A stretch of 64,000 bases of DNA from Dehalococcoidia bacterium (GTDB taxonomy: Bacteria > Chloroflexota > Dehalococcoidia > UBA2979): positions 3,446-67,445 of the forward strand of contig WHSU01000015.1 of assembly GCA_009379925.1 (NCBI GenBank). The letters are read 5' to 3'. The position numbers and the translations under genes were made by a program. The notes beneath the pieces are model-generated. The model did no database searches and was not told the origin of the DNA. It worked only from the letters and a program-made list of their open reading frames with translations. Shown here in pieces: positions 1 to 9,537 of the stretch (positions are counted from its first letter, which is position 1; every line of letters begins with the position of its first letter).

Positions 1-4
1 GCCA

Positions 5-1045
5 TCAGACGTCCGCCACGCGTCGCTGCCGAGCGATCCAGATCAGGAACGGTGCGCCGACCGCGGCCGTGACAATCCCCACCTGGATCTCGGACGGCCG
101 CATCAGGATGCGTCCGAGGATGTCCGCGCCCAGTAGCAGCATGACACCCACGAACACCGAGTACGGCAGCACCCATCGGTAGTCCGGTCCCACCACCACG
201 CGCACGATGTGCGGGACGGCAAGGCCAACGAAGCCGATCGGCCCCGCCGCGGCGACGGCGGCGCCGGTCATCAGCACGACGAGGACCGCCGCCACACCTC
301 GGACGCGCCCGGTGTGCATGCCCAGCGCGCGGGCGGCATCGTCGCCGAGGCTCAGGACGTTGAGCTGGTGCGACATCAGCAGCGCGCCCGTGGTACCGAC
401 GATGAGAAACGGCAGCGCCGTCCACAGCACCTGGAGGTCCCGCCCCGCGAGGGACCCGGCAGACCAGAAGCGCACCGCATCCAGCGTCTCGCGGTCCAAC
501 AGGAGCAGCGCCGACGTCCACGACGTGAGCAGTGCGGAGACGATCACGCCGGCGAGCGCGAGCTTGACCGGCGAGGCGCCGCCCGCGCCCGCGGTGCCGA
601 TGCCGTACACCAGCGCGGAGGTCGCCAGGCCGCCGGCAAAGGCGAACCAGACGTACTGCATGGGCTCGGTGAGCTGCCCGAAGTAGATGGCCGTGACGAT
701 CGCGAAGCTGGCGCCCGCGCTCACCCCCAGGATCGAGGGCCCGGCGAGCGGATTGCGGGTGGCCGCCTGCATCGTGCCGCCCGCCACCGCCAGCGCCGCC
801 CCAACCGCAACACCGATCAGCGTGCGTGGCACCCGCAGGGAACGCACCACTGTCTGTTCGTACGAGCCGGCGTCGTAGTCGAAGATCGCGGCCAGCGAGT
901 CCGCGGTGGAGACGTCGAGCGAGCCGATCCGCAGGCTGAGCACGCATACGGCCAGCGCACCCAGGGCGCAGAGGAAGAGCCCGGCGCCTCGCGACCAGCG
1001 GAGCCGCAAGCGCGGGAGGGGGCGTTGGACGACTTCAGCCGACAT
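5..1045 (-). CDS. FecCD-family iron-siderophore ABC transporter permease
   Basis: Multi-TM protein with LRVPRTL, MQAATRNPLAGPSILGVSAGA, LGDDAARALG and GPIGFVGLAVPHIVR motifs. Its stop overlaps an ATG at 3-5 (TGATG), so another gene probably continues off the left edge. Confidence 0.95.
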   Translation of the reverse strand: MSAEVVQRPLPRLRLRWSRGAGLFLCALGALAVCVLSLRIGSLDVSTADSLAAIFDYDAGSYEQTVVRSLRVPRTLIGVAVGAALAVAGGTMQAATRNPLAGPSILGVSAGASFAIVTAIYFGQLTEPMQYVWFAFAGGLATSALVYGIGTAGAGGASPVKLALAGVIVSALLTSWTSALLLLDRETLDAVRFWSAGSLAGRDLQVLWTALPFLIVGTTGALLMSHQLNVLSLGDDAARALGMHTGRVRGVAAVLVVLMTGAAVAAAGPIGFVGLAVPHIVRVVVGPDYRWVLPYSVFVGVMLLLGADILGRILMRPSEIQVGIVTAAVGAPFLIWIARQRRVADV

Positions 1046-1155
1046 CGCTTCGGTACCCTACTCGACTCGAATGCTCATGCGCCACATTAGCGCCGTTATA
1101 TACATAAGTTTGCGCGACTTGTGGCCATTCATCGTCGCAGCGTTTCGACGCTCTG

Positions 1156-1185
1156 TTGACATTAGCCAGTCCTAACATTCACAGT
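1156..1185 (+). promoter_or_regulatory. Candidate sigma70 promoter (-35 TTGACA) overlapped by a DtxR/IdeR-like iron box
   Basis: TTGACA at 1156-1161. TGACATTAGCCAGTCCTAA (1157-1175) matches TTAGGTTAGCCTAACCTAA at 13/19 positions and lies in the divergent intergenic region of the iron-uptake genes. Confidence 0.6.
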
Positions 1186-1229
1186 CAATGGCGGCTCCCA
1201 GCAGATACTGGCCATACTCAGGGGGGACG

Positions 1230-2351
1230 GTGCTGGAACAGAGACCTGCAAGCGAGACACGTCCGGACGGCACGCCGTCTCGCGCGCTCCTTCACGCAAC
1301 GAGCCGCCGTCGCTTCCTCGCAGGGATCGGTGGGGCGGCGTTCGCGGCGGGGTTCCTCGCGGCCTGTGGCGACGAGCGCGACACCGCGCCCGCGGCCACT
1401 ACGGCCGAGCCGGGCACGACGATAGACACAACCACCTCGACGACCGCCGAGGCGTCGTCACCGACGACCGGCTTCACGTTTACGGACGGACGAGGGGTGA
1501 CGGTCACGCTCGACCGGAAGCCGGAACGCATCGTGGCGTACGCCGCGCCGGCTGCTGCGCTCTGGCACCTGGGCGTCACGCCTGTCGGAATCTTCGCCGG
1601 CTCCCCGCTGTCCGAGTCGGCGAACCTGGCCGACATCGACGTGACCGGCATCGACACGGTCGGCAGCGTCTACGGGGAGATCGACCTCGAGAAGCTGGTG
1701 GCCCTCGAACCCGACCTGGTGGTGACGGCGTGCAGCCCACGGCAGGGCGATCTGCTCTGGGGATTCGCCGACCTCCAGGTGCAGGAGCAGGTCGAGTCCG
1801 TCGCGCCAATCGTCGCGATCAACGGCATCGAAGACCCCACCGAGGTCATCAGCCAGTTCGAGGCGCTGGCGACTGCGATGGGCGCCGACATCGAAGGCCC
1901 CGAGTATGCGGCGGCGAGCCAGCGGTTCGACACCGCCGTCGCCGACCTCGAGGATGCCACCGCCGCCAAGCCGGGTCTCACCGCGGTCGCTGTGACGAGC
2001 TACGACCGCCAGCTGTACTTCGCGAAGCCCGCGGCGTTCCCCGCGCTGCGCCAGATGGGGACCTGGGGCCTCACCGTGGTGGAGCCGGCCGGCGGCGACG
2101 ATTTCTGGGAGACCGTGAGCCTCGAAGAGGCAAACAAGTACCTGGCGGACCTGATCCTCTACGACACACAGCCCGTGCTCGACCTCGAGGACCTCTCAAA
2201 CATCGGGACATGGCAGTCGTTGCCGGCGGTGCAGTCGGGCCAGATCGTGCCGTGGGACAAGCTCGAGAACTGGAGCTACGCGGCGTATGCCGCGGACATC
2301 GAGGCGATCACCCAGGGCGTGAAGGCAGCCGACCCGGACCTGGTCGCGTGA
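1230..2351 (+). CDS. Iron-siderophore ABC substrate-binding lipoprotein 1 (Tat signal)
   Basis: SRRRFLAG twin-arginine motif, LAAC lipobox, FTFTDGRGVTVTLDRKPERIVA and IDLEKLVALEPDLVV. GTG at 1230 follows a G-rich RBS; alternative start at 1188. Confidence 0.9.
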   Translation: MLEQRPASETRPDGTPSRALLHATSRRRFLAGIGGAAFAAGFLAACGDERDTAPAATTAEPGTTIDTTTSTTAEASSPTTGFTFTDGRGVTVTLDRKPERIVAYAAPAAALWHLGVTPVGIFAGSPLSESANLADIDVTGIDTVGSVYGEIDLEKLVALEPDLVVTACSPRQGDLLWGFADLQVQEQVESVAPIVAINGIEDPTEVISQFEALATAMGADIEGPEYAAASQRFDTAVADLEDATAAKPGLTAVAVTSYDRQLYFAKPAAFPALRQMGTWGLTVVEPAGGDDFWETVSLEEANKYLADLILYDTQPVLDLEDLSNIGTWQSLPAVQSGQIVPWDKLENWSYAAYAADIEAITQGVKAADPDLVA

Positions 2352-2406
2352 GCCACCTCCGAGCCGGGCATTCCTGCGCCCGCGCAGTTCACAAGGAAGA
2401 CCCTCG

Positions 2407-3522
2407 ATGAATCCTGAACAGTTGCCCGTCATCGCCGGCGGCCGAGTATCGCGACGCCGCTTCTTGGCGGGCATGGGCGGAGCAGCCTTCGCCGCGGCCT
2501 TCGTCGCGGCCTGCGGTGACGGCGACGACCCGGCCGTGACTTCGACGCCGACCGAGGCGGGAAGCCCGGCGCCGGCTGGGTCTGGGAGCAACCCTACCGC
2601 ATCGGCGTCACCGACCGGCGAGGCGGGCGCCTTCACGTTCACGGATGACCGAGGCGTCACCGTGGACTTGCCGGCGGTCCCCACGCGAATCGTCGCGCAG
2701 GCGGACTCGGCGGCGGCGCTCGCGGACCTCGGGATCATGCCGATCGCGACCTTCGGGGAGGCGCTGCCGGCGGATACGCCTTCGCTCGCGAGCCGCGGGC
2801 TGGGCGACATGGAGTCCGTCGGCGAGGTGTGGGCTGAGATCGACCTGGAGAAGCTGGCGTCGCTCAACCCCGACCTGGTCGTCACCCGGCTCTACCCCTC
2901 GACGGATCCGCCGATCGTGTGGGGCATCGCCGACGAGGCGATCGCGACGATCGAGCAAATCGCACCGATCGTCACCATCGACATGCTGAAAATTACGACG
3001 CATGGCATGGAGCGCTTCGCGGAACTGGCACAGGCGCTGGGCGCCAACCCCGACGCTCCGGAGCTGGTCGCCGACCTCGAGCATTTCGAGGCGGCATCCG
3101 AGGCGGTACGGGCGGCCGCCGCCGCGAAGCCCGGTCTCACCGTCCTCGGAATGTCCCTGACACCCGACAACGTGTACCTCGCGGTCCCCACGGACCACCC
3201 GGACATCGCCTACTTCGAGGAGCTGGGCGTCCAGTTCGTCGTGCCGGAGACAGCCGATCCGACGTGGGCCACCATTTCACCGGAACAGATCGGCAGGTAC
3301 CCCGCGGACATCCTGTTCATCGATGCGCGGGGGACGGGAGCGGGGCGCCCCTCGTGGGACGCCTTCGAGGCGAACCCACTGGCGGCTTCGTTGCCGGCCG
3401 CTCAGGCGGGTCAACTCCTGGAGTGGCACGCCGCACCTATTCCGTCCTACCGAGACTTTGCCAGGAACCTCGACGACCTGGCCGCGGCCATCGATTCCGC
3501 CAGCCCGGACGTGGTGGCCTGA
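2407..3522 (+). CDS. Iron-siderophore ABC substrate-binding lipoprotein 2 (Tat signal)
   Basis: SRRRFLAG...VAAC, FTFTDDRGVTVDLPAVPTRIVA, IDLEKLASLNPDLVV; clear paralog of the preceding gene. Confidence 0.9.
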   Translation: MNPEQLPVIAGGRVSRRRFLAGMGGAAFAAAFVAACGDGDDPAVTSTPTEAGSPAPAGSGSNPTASASPTGEAGAFTFTDDRGVTVDLPAVPTRIVAQADSAAALADLGIMPIATFGEALPADTPSLASRGLGDMESVGEVWAEIDLEKLASLNPDLVVTRLYPSTDPPIVWGIADEAIATIEQIAPIVTIDMLKITTHGMERFAELAQALGANPDAPELVADLEHFEAASEAVRAAAAAKPGLTVLGMSLTPDNVYLAVPTDHPDIAYFEELGVQFVVPETADPTWATISPEQIGRYPADILFIDARGTGAGRPSWDAFEANPLAASLPAAQAGQLLEWHAAPIPSYRDFARNLDDLAAAIDSASPDVVA

Positions 3523-3567
3523 GGGGACTAACCGGCCCGAGCCACAGACTGTGCGAGGAGAGATCAC

Positions 3568-4554
3568 ATGTCCCAGCACCCGCGCCCATTCCCGCGCCGC
3601 CGCTTCCTGGCTGGCGCCGGCGGCCTGGCCTTCGCCACGGCGTTCCTCGCCGCCTGTGGCGAGAGCGACGCCGGCGACGACGAAGCGGCGACCGTCACCA
3701 TCGACGACTACTTCGGACCGGTCACGATTCCGGCGGATCCCCAACGGGTGGTCGCGGGGGACTCGGTCACCCTCGGGAACATGCTCGCGCTCGGTGCGAA
3801 GCCGATCGGCGCGGGCGTGAACCGAAACTCGTTGCCCGGCTACCTGGGCGACCAGATGGACGGCGTCGCGGACCTTACCGCGGACAGCGGGATCGATGTG
3901 GAGCAGGCGCTCGCCCTGGGCCCGGACCTCGCCATCACCTTCGCCGGCTTCGCCGACGACCCGTGGAACCAGGACAACTACGACCGCTACAAGGCGGCGC
4001 TCCCCACGTTCGGATATCAGTACGGGTACACGTACATCGAAGAGATCACGCTCAACCTCACGGAGGTCGCCCGGGCGCTCAACCGCAGCGAACGCGCACA
4101 GGAGCTGATCGACCAGTACGAGGAGCGCGTAGCCGGCCTCCGTCAGCGGACGTCCGACGCCGGCCTGGCGGACAAACCCGTGTCGGTGATCCGCCTGTCG
4201 CAGGACGGCAATTACTCGATCCGCATCGGGTCATCCGAAAGCATCGTGTTTCGGGCGCTCGGAATCGCTCAGCCGGAGGGCCAGCGGAACCCGGACGACT
4301 TCAGCATCGAGGTGAGCCTGGAGAACCTGAACCTCCTGAACGAGGCGGACACCGTCTTCGTCTACGTGGACGACAATGCCGCGAGCGAACAGTCGGTCGT
4401 CACAGAGAACGCGGTGTGGCAGAGCCTGGAGCCCGTGCGGAACAACCGGGTCCACTTCGTGAACTCCGGCATCTGGAACAGCATCGACATCATTGGCCTG
4501 ATGCACATCCTCGACGACGTCGAGGAACTGCTGATCGCGCCGGCCGAGGCGTAG
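3568..4554 (+). CDS. Iron-siderophore ABC substrate-binding lipoprotein 3 (Tat signal, FhuD/FepB-like)
   Basis: RRRFLAG...LAAC, VTIPADPQRVVA, EVSLENLNLLNEAD, WQSLEPVRNNRV; AGGAG RBS upstream. Confidence 0.9.
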   Translation: MSQHPRPFPRRRFLAGAGGLAFATAFLAACGESDAGDDEAATVTIDDYFGPVTIPADPQRVVAGDSVTLGNMLALGAKPIGAGVNRNSLPGYLGDQMDGVADLTADSGIDVEQALALGPDLAITFAGFADDPWNQDNYDRYKAALPTFGYQYGYTYIEEITLNLTEVARALNRSERAQELIDQYEERVAGLRQRTSDAGLADKPVSVIRLSQDGNYSIRIGSSESIVFRALGIAQPEGQRNPDDFSIEVSLENLNLLNEADTVFVYVDDNAASEQSVVTENAVWQSLEPVRNNRVHFVNSGIWNSIDIIGLMHILDDVEELLIAPAEA

Positions 4555-4561
4555 CGCTCGG

Positions 4562-5311
4562 ATGCCGGGCCCCGGAGCGACCGTAATCGATGACTGGGCG
4601 CCGCCTGCGGGCGCCCGGTGCCCGCGCATCGAGGTCGGCGCCCCGGACCCCACCGATGGCCGGCGCTGGTTCCGTGTCGCGGACCTCGCCGACCCCGCCG
4701 GCGGCATCCTCGACTGCGTGCTTGCCGAGATGGCAACAAACCGCGGCTACTCGGACGGGCATTCGCAAGGGGGTGGCCTCTCATTGCTGACCGCCGGCGC
4801 CGCATTGGAAGTGGTGCTGCGCACCTTTGGGGGCGATCCGCTTCCGGTCCTTCGTCCGGGTTCGACCTGGTTCCAGGTCTCCCCGTACGGCAACGCGACG
4901 GCCGTGCGCGTCGAGTCCCGGGAGACGACTTCCCCCTCGGTCGCGGCGTTGCGCGCGATCCTCCGCGGCCTCCTGGCGCCGTTCTACGCCGCGATCCACG
5001 CGCGCACAGGGTTTCCTGTGGTCGCCCAGTGGGCGCAACTGGAGTCGAACATCGCCTACTCGATGCTCGGCGCGCCGGACATCCCACAGGTCCAGGCCGT
5101 CGAGTTCCTCGACCGTTTGTTCGCGGACGGGGACGTCCTCCATCGGGCGCGCCCCCGCATCTCGTGGGTGGAACGACGCGGCGCGCCGCTCGCCTTCGTC
5201 ACGAGGCGGGTCTGCTGCTTCAACTTCCGCGGCATGAACGGCGAATACTGCGGCAGCCAGTGCCCGATCGTCCCGGCACCCGAACGCGCCCGGAGGGCCA
5301 TCGATGACTGA
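4562..5311 (+). CDS. FhuF-like ferric-siderophore reductase ([2Fe-2S])
   Basis: C-terminal RRVCCFNFRGMNGEYCGSQCP (C-C-x10-C-x3-C); sits in a siderophore uptake operon. Confidence 0.8.
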   Translation: MPGPGATVIDDWAPPAGARCPRIEVGAPDPTDGRRWFRVADLADPAGGILDCVLAEMATNRGYSDGHSQGGGLSLLTAGAALEVVLRTFGGDPLPVLRPGSTWFQVSPYGNATAVRVESRETTSPSVAALRAILRGLLAPFYAAIHARTGFPVVAQWAQLESNIAYSMLGAPDIPQVQAVEFLDRLFADGDVLHRARPRISWVERRGAPLAFVTRRVCCFNFRGMNGEYCGSQCPIVPAPERARRAIDD

Positions 5312-6122
5312 CACCCAACAGGAGACGACGGTCCTCGAACCGCTGGCGACGGCCACCTTCATCACCACGGTGGCGCGCGTCGAGCACATCGCGCGGTCGT
5401 TCGTCCGCATCACGTTCGCGGGCGGCGACCTCGAGCACTTCCAAAGCGTCGGCCCGGACCAGTTTCTCTACCTGCTCCTGCCGCCGCCCGGCCGCCGGCA
5501 ACTCACCATCGACGCCGGGTTCACCTGGGACCAGTACCGCGACATGCCCGAGCAGGACCGGCCAGTCGGCGCGTATTACACCGTGCGCCACCACCGCCCC
5601 GAGGTTGCGGAGCTGGACATCGATGTCTTCCTGCACGCGGAACGCGGCCCGGCCTCCGGCTGGGCGGCGACGGCGCAGCCGGGCGACCCGGTCGCGCTAT
5701 GGGGACCGCGGATCGCCTACGCGCCGCCCGCGGACACCGCGTCCCTCTTGCTCCTCGCCGACGAGGCCGGGATCCCGGCGCTGGCGTCGATCCTCGAGTC
5801 GCTTGCGCCAGGTACCCCGGCGCGCGCCTTCATCGAGGTCTCGGAGGCAGCCGACGAGCAGTCGCTCCTCGCCGCGACGGACGCCGATGTGACATGGCTG
5901 CACCGCAATGGCCGCGAGCCCGGCGGCCCGACCCTCCTCCTCGATGCCGTGCGCGACCTCGATCTCGCACCCACCGGCGTCTACGCCTGGGGCGGCGGCG
6001 AGATCCGCGCGATGAACGACCTGCGTCGCTACCTGCGGCAGGAGTGCGGCCTCGCCCGGACGGCGACGAGTCTGGTCGGGTACTGGCGGCACCCGCACCA
6101 CACGGAGGACGCGCAGGAGTAG
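5304..6122 (+). CDS. Siderophore-interacting protein (ViuB/YqjH family, FAD-binding)
   Basis: RITFAGGDL, YYTVR, GPASGWA, LLLADEAGIPA, VTWLHR and GYWR motifs. Confidence 0.93.
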   Translation: MTDTQQETTVLEPLATATFITTVARVEHIARSFVRITFAGGDLEHFQSVGPDQFLYLLLPPPGRRQLTIDAGFTWDQYRDMPEQDRPVGAYYTVRHHRPEVAELDIDVFLHAERGPASGWAATAQPGDPVALWGPRIAYAPPADTASLLLLADEAGIPALASILESLAPGTPARAFIEVSEAADEQSLLAATDADVTWLHRNGREPGGPTLLLDAVRDLDLAPTGVYAWGGGEIRAMNDLRRYLRQECGLARTATSLVGYWRHPHHTEDAQE

Positions 6123-6264
6123 TCGGCGGTCCGCGCTGCACCGTCGCGCGGACAATTCGATGCGTCCCTCGCCTGGATGGCTCCGCCGCAAGGCGGTGCG
6201 TCCCATGTCGCCGGACGGCGGCCACATGGCCGCCACCCGCGACACAGCCGGCCCTATTCTCGAC

Positions 6265-6285
6265 TACTCAGAGTCTGAGTATGAT
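6265..6285 (+). promoter_or_regulatory. Palindromic operator TACTCA-N5-TGAGTA overlapping a TATGAT -10
   Basis: tactca gagtc tgagta at 6265-6281 and TATGAT at 6280-6285; same layout as the site at 7245. Confidence 0.7.
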
Positions 6286-6360
6286 ACTGGTTCGGTTGAA
6301 GTGCCTGCGTTTGCGCGGCCGCTGGACGAGTCAGCGACCCACGATGGAAGAGGCGCCGCG

Positions 6361-7200
6361 ATGACACGTCCTACCCACGCCCTCCGCCCTGATGCGTCCG
6401 CAGCCTTCGCCGCGTACCGGGAAATGGTCGAAGCGCACCGGGAACAGGTCGGTCGACTCGCCGAGGAACTGCAGCAGGGCGACGAGTTCTTGCGCGCGCG
6501 GGTCAACTCCTTCCGGCCGGGTGTCCTCGAAATCGAGGAGTGGGAGCACGTCGCGGCGCTGGCGCGGCCCGAGGACGCCTGGCTCGACATCGGAGCCGGC
6601 GCCGGGCGGTTCGTGGTGCCGCTGAGCGCGCGCGTCGCGCGGGTGATCGCCATCGAGTCATCCGCGGTGATGCGCGAGGCGCTGGCAGAGGCGACATCCG
6701 ACCTCCCGAACGTCGACATCCTCGACCTGCGCTGGCCACCGCGCGACGACGCCGGACCGCGGGGAAACGTGGCCCTGGCGGCGAATGTGCTGTACGACGC
6801 GACGGAGCTGGAGTCCTTCCTCGAGGCGATGGAACGGCACGCCGACACCAGCGTGGTCGTCGTCTCGGACCGGGCGCCTCGCACGCCGGACCCGGAGATC
6901 TGGGAAGCGCTCTTCGGCGAGGCGTACCGTCCACTGCCCGCGCTTCGCGAGTTGTTGGCGGTGCTCGGGGCACTCGGGCGCCGCTTCGAGATGCGCACGG
7001 AGCCTGCGGCGCCGGTCCCTCCCGTGCCGCTCGATGTCGGGCATCGCCAGATGCGGTGGCGGTACGGCCTCGCCGAGGGCTCGGAGCGAGATCGCCGGCT
7101 GCGGGAGTCGCTCATCGAGCGGTACGGCACGCCCGGCGAGATGCTCGCGCTGCCGCCGCGACGCGCCTTCACCGCCGTCGTGTGGTGGCAGTCATCCTGA
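6361..7200 (+). CDS. Class I SAM-dependent methyltransferase
   Basis: Motif I WLDIGAGAGRF, post-I VIAIESS, LAANVLY. ATG at 6361 follows a GGAAGAGG RBS. Confidence 0.85.
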   Translation: MTRPTHALRPDASAAFAAYREMVEAHREQVGRLAEELQQGDEFLRARVNSFRPGVLEIEEWEHVAALARPEDAWLDIGAGAGRFVVPLSARVARVIAIESSAVMREALAEATSDLPNVDILDLRWPPRDDAGPRGNVALAANVLYDATELESFLEAMERHADTSVVVVSDRAPRTPDPEIWEALFGEAYRPLPALRELLAVLGALGRRFEMRTEPAAPVPPVPLDVGHRQMRWRYGLAEGSERDRRLRESLIERYGTPGEMLALPPRRAFTAVVWWQSS

Positions 7201-7237
7201 GCGCGGTCGCGGTGGACGCAACGGAGAAGCCGCGACG

Positions 7238-7265
7238 TTGACAATACTCACGCCCCGAGTATGAT
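7238..7265 (+). promoter_or_regulatory. sigma70 promoter (TTGACA-N16-TATGAT) with a TACTCA-N5-CGAGTA operator in the spacer
   Basis: TTGACA at 7238-7243, tactca cgccc cgagta at 7245-7261, TATGAT at 7260-7265. The ATG at 7274 has no RBS, so the mRNA is probably near-leaderless. Confidence 0.8.
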
Positions 7266-7273
7266 TCGCCTCC

Positions 7274-7843
7274 ATGCTCGAACATCCTGCGCCACCGTTC
7301 GATCCGACACCTAAGTCGATCGGGGCGCTCAAGCCGCTTGAATACGCACTGCTGGGGTTGCTCAGCGAGCAACCATCCCACGGGTACGTGCTGCAGCAGG
7401 CGTTCTCGGAGAGCGCCGACCTCGGCGCGGTGATCCGTGTCGAGGCGCCGACCCTCTACGCCGCGCTGAAGGAGCTGGCCGCGCGTGGGCTGATCGCCGG
7501 TCACGAGGTCAAGCGCGGCAGCCGTCCCGCACGCACGGTCTTCGAACTCACCGCCGATGGGAGCACCGCGCTCGAGGAGTGGCTGACGGCGCCCGTGGAG
7601 CGGCTCCGCGAGATCCGCCTCGACTTCCTGCTGAAGCTGTACTTCCTGCGCCGGCGTGGCGCCGACAGCGCGCGCGCACTCGTCGACGCCCAGGTCGCGG
7701 CGTGCCACCGCTACCTAGCGCGGTTGGAGGCCTGGACGGCGGAGCTTCCCCTCGACAGCTGGGTCTACCTCGTGGCCGAGTCGCGAGTCGTCGCCGCGCG
7801 CGGCACGCTCGAGTGGCTTCGCTCGTTCCGCGGTCGGGTCTGA
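7274..7843 (+). CDS. PadR-family transcriptional regulator (AphA-like, long C-terminal domain)
   Basis: LEYALLGLLSEQPSHGYVL, TLYAALKELAARGLI, RPARTVFELTADG, FLLKLYF. Confidence 0.92.
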   Translation: MLEHPAPPFDPTPKSIGALKPLEYALLGLLSEQPSHGYVLQQAFSESADLGAVIRVEAPTLYAALKELAARGLIAGHEVKRGSRPARTVFELTADGSTALEEWLTAPVERLREIRLDFLLKLYFLRRRGADSARALVDAQVAACHRYLARLEAWTAELPLDSWVYLVAESRVVAARGTLEWLRSFRGRV

Positions 7844-8700
7844 TGTCCGTAGTAGCCCGCCGTGGGGCGAGGCGGCGCTGGCTGTGGCTGCTGCCGCTGG
7901 CCGCCACCGCGGCGATGCTCGGGGCCTGCGGGGACGACGCCAACGAGACCCCGACCGCGACCATGACCGCTAGCGCGCCGACCCCAGGCGGCACGCTGAG
8001 CGTGTTCGCCGCGGCGTCCCTGTCCGAGGCGTTCCGGGCGATTGGCAACGCCTTCGAAGCGGAGCACCCGGACGTGTCGGTGGAGTTCAACTTCGCCGGG
8101 TCAAGCGCGCTCGCCACGCAGGTCGAGCAGGCCGCACCCTCCGATGTCTTCGCGAGCGCGAACATGGAGCAGATGCAGCGGCTCGTCGATGCCGACCTGA
8201 TCACGAGCGATCCGCGGGTCTTCGCCCAGAACCTGCCGGTGATCGTGGTGCCGGCCGACAACCCGGGCGAGGTCTCCTCGGCCGCAGACCTGGCGGACTC
8301 CGGGCTGAGCCTGGTGCTCGCGCTCGAGGACGTACCGGCCGGCCAGTACGCGCGCGACGTGTTCGCGAACCTGGCCGGCGAGCCCGAATACGGCGCCGGC
8401 TTCGAGGAGGAGGTCCTCGACAACGTCGTCTCCTCCGAGGAGGACGTGCGCGCTGTGCTCGTCAAGGTGGAGCTTGGCGAGGCCGACGCGGGGGTGGTCT
8501 ACAAGACCGACGCGGCGGTGACCCCCGGCACAGTGCGGGTGATCGAATTCCCGGTCGCGTCGAACGTGATCGCCAACTACCCGATCGCTGGGACGGCGGA
8601 CACGGACAACCCGGAGGCCGCCGCAGCCTTCATCGACTTCGTGCTCGGCGAGACGGCGCAGGGCATTCTGACCGCCGCGGGCTTCGATCCGGCGCCATGA
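7843..8700 (+). CDS. modA: Molybdate ABC transporter substrate-binding lipoprotein
   Basis: LGAC lipobox, LSVFAAASL, FNFAGSSAL, DVFASAN, VPAGQYA, DVRAVL, GEADAGVVYKTD. ATG overlaps the padR stop (TGATG). Confidence 0.93.
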   Translation: MSVVARRGARRRWLWLLPLAATAAMLGACGDDANETPTATMTASAPTPGGTLSVFAAASLSEAFRAIGNAFEAEHPDVSVEFNFAGSSALATQVEQAAPSDVFASANMEQMQRLVDADLITSDPRVFAQNLPVIVVPADNPGEVSSAADLADSGLSLVLALEDVPAGQYARDVFANLAGEPEYGAGFEEEVLDNVVSSEEDVRAVLVKVELGEADAGVVYKTDAAVTPGTVRVIEFPVASNVIANYPIAGTADTDNPEAAAAFIDFVLGETAQGILTAAGFDPAP

Positions 8701-9533
8701 TGGGACGCCGAGGACCGCGGCACCGGCCCGATCAGCGGTCTCTGTACACCGGATTCGCTGCGCCGGCGGCCCTCGCGCTCCTCTTCCTCGGCGTACCGCT
8801 GGTAGCGCTGGCCTACGAGGCGGCGACCAGCGGCGGCATCGGCGACAGGCTCACGAGCGACGAGACGCTGGCCGCGCTGCGCCTCTCCCTGATCACCAGC
8901 ACGCTCACGCTTGTCCTGGCGCTGCTGCTCGTCACACCGCTCGCCTACCTCCTGGCGCGGGCGGACTTCCCCGGCAAGCGGCTCGTCGACACCCTGATCG
9001 ACCTGCCGCTCGTCCTGCCGCCGACCGTAGCCGGCGTTGCGCTGCTGGTCGCCTTCGGGCGGCGCGGCGTGCTGGGCCCGTCGCTCGAGGCGAGCGGGAT
9101 TGAGCTGGCGTTCACGACAGCGGCGGTGATCGTCGCGCAACTCTTCGTGTCCGCCCCCTTCCTCGCGCGCAGTCTCAAGGCCGGGTTCGAGGCCGTCGAC
9201 CCGGCGTACGAAGCCGTCTCCGCGACGCTCGGAATCTCCGCGTTGCGCACGTTCTGGCGCATCTCCCTGCCGCTGGCGCGTCCAGCTCTGATCAGCGGCT
9301 CCGTGCTCTGCTGGTCGCGGGCGCTGGGCGAGCTTGGGGCGACGCTGATCTTCGCCGGGAACTTCGAGGGCCGCACCCAGACGATGCCGCTCGCGATCAT
9401 CACCGCCTTCCAATCGTCGAGCGGGCTCGCGGGGGCGATGGCGCTGTCCGTGATCCTCGTGGGCGTCGCGTTCGTCCTGCTGCTGCTCATGCGCCTCACG
9501 ACGGTCGACCCGGGCCGGCAGGCCGGCGGCTGA
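8697..9533 (+). CDS. modB: Molybdate ABC transporter permease
   Basis: DLPLVLPPTVAGVALL, EAA-loop region, SRALGELGAT, RTQTMPLAI. Confidence 0.93.
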   Translation: MMGRRGPRHRPDQRSLYTGFAAPAALALLFLGVPLVALAYEAATSGGIGDRLTSDETLAALRLSLITSTLTLVLALLLVTPLAYLLARADFPGKRLVDTLIDLPLVLPPTVAGVALLVAFGRRGVLGPSLEASGIELAFTTAAVIVAQLFVSAPFLARSLKAGFEAVDPAYEAVSATLGISALRTFWRISLPLARPALISGSVLCWSRALGELGATLIFAGNFEGRTQTMPLAIITAFQSSSGLAGAMALSVILVGVAFVLLLLMRLTTVDPGRQAGG

Positions 9534-9537
9534 GCGC

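Noticed and set aside
1215-1231. TACTCA half-site upstream of the first binding protein
   Set aside because: There is no matching right half, so the iron locus is not assigned to the PadR regulon.
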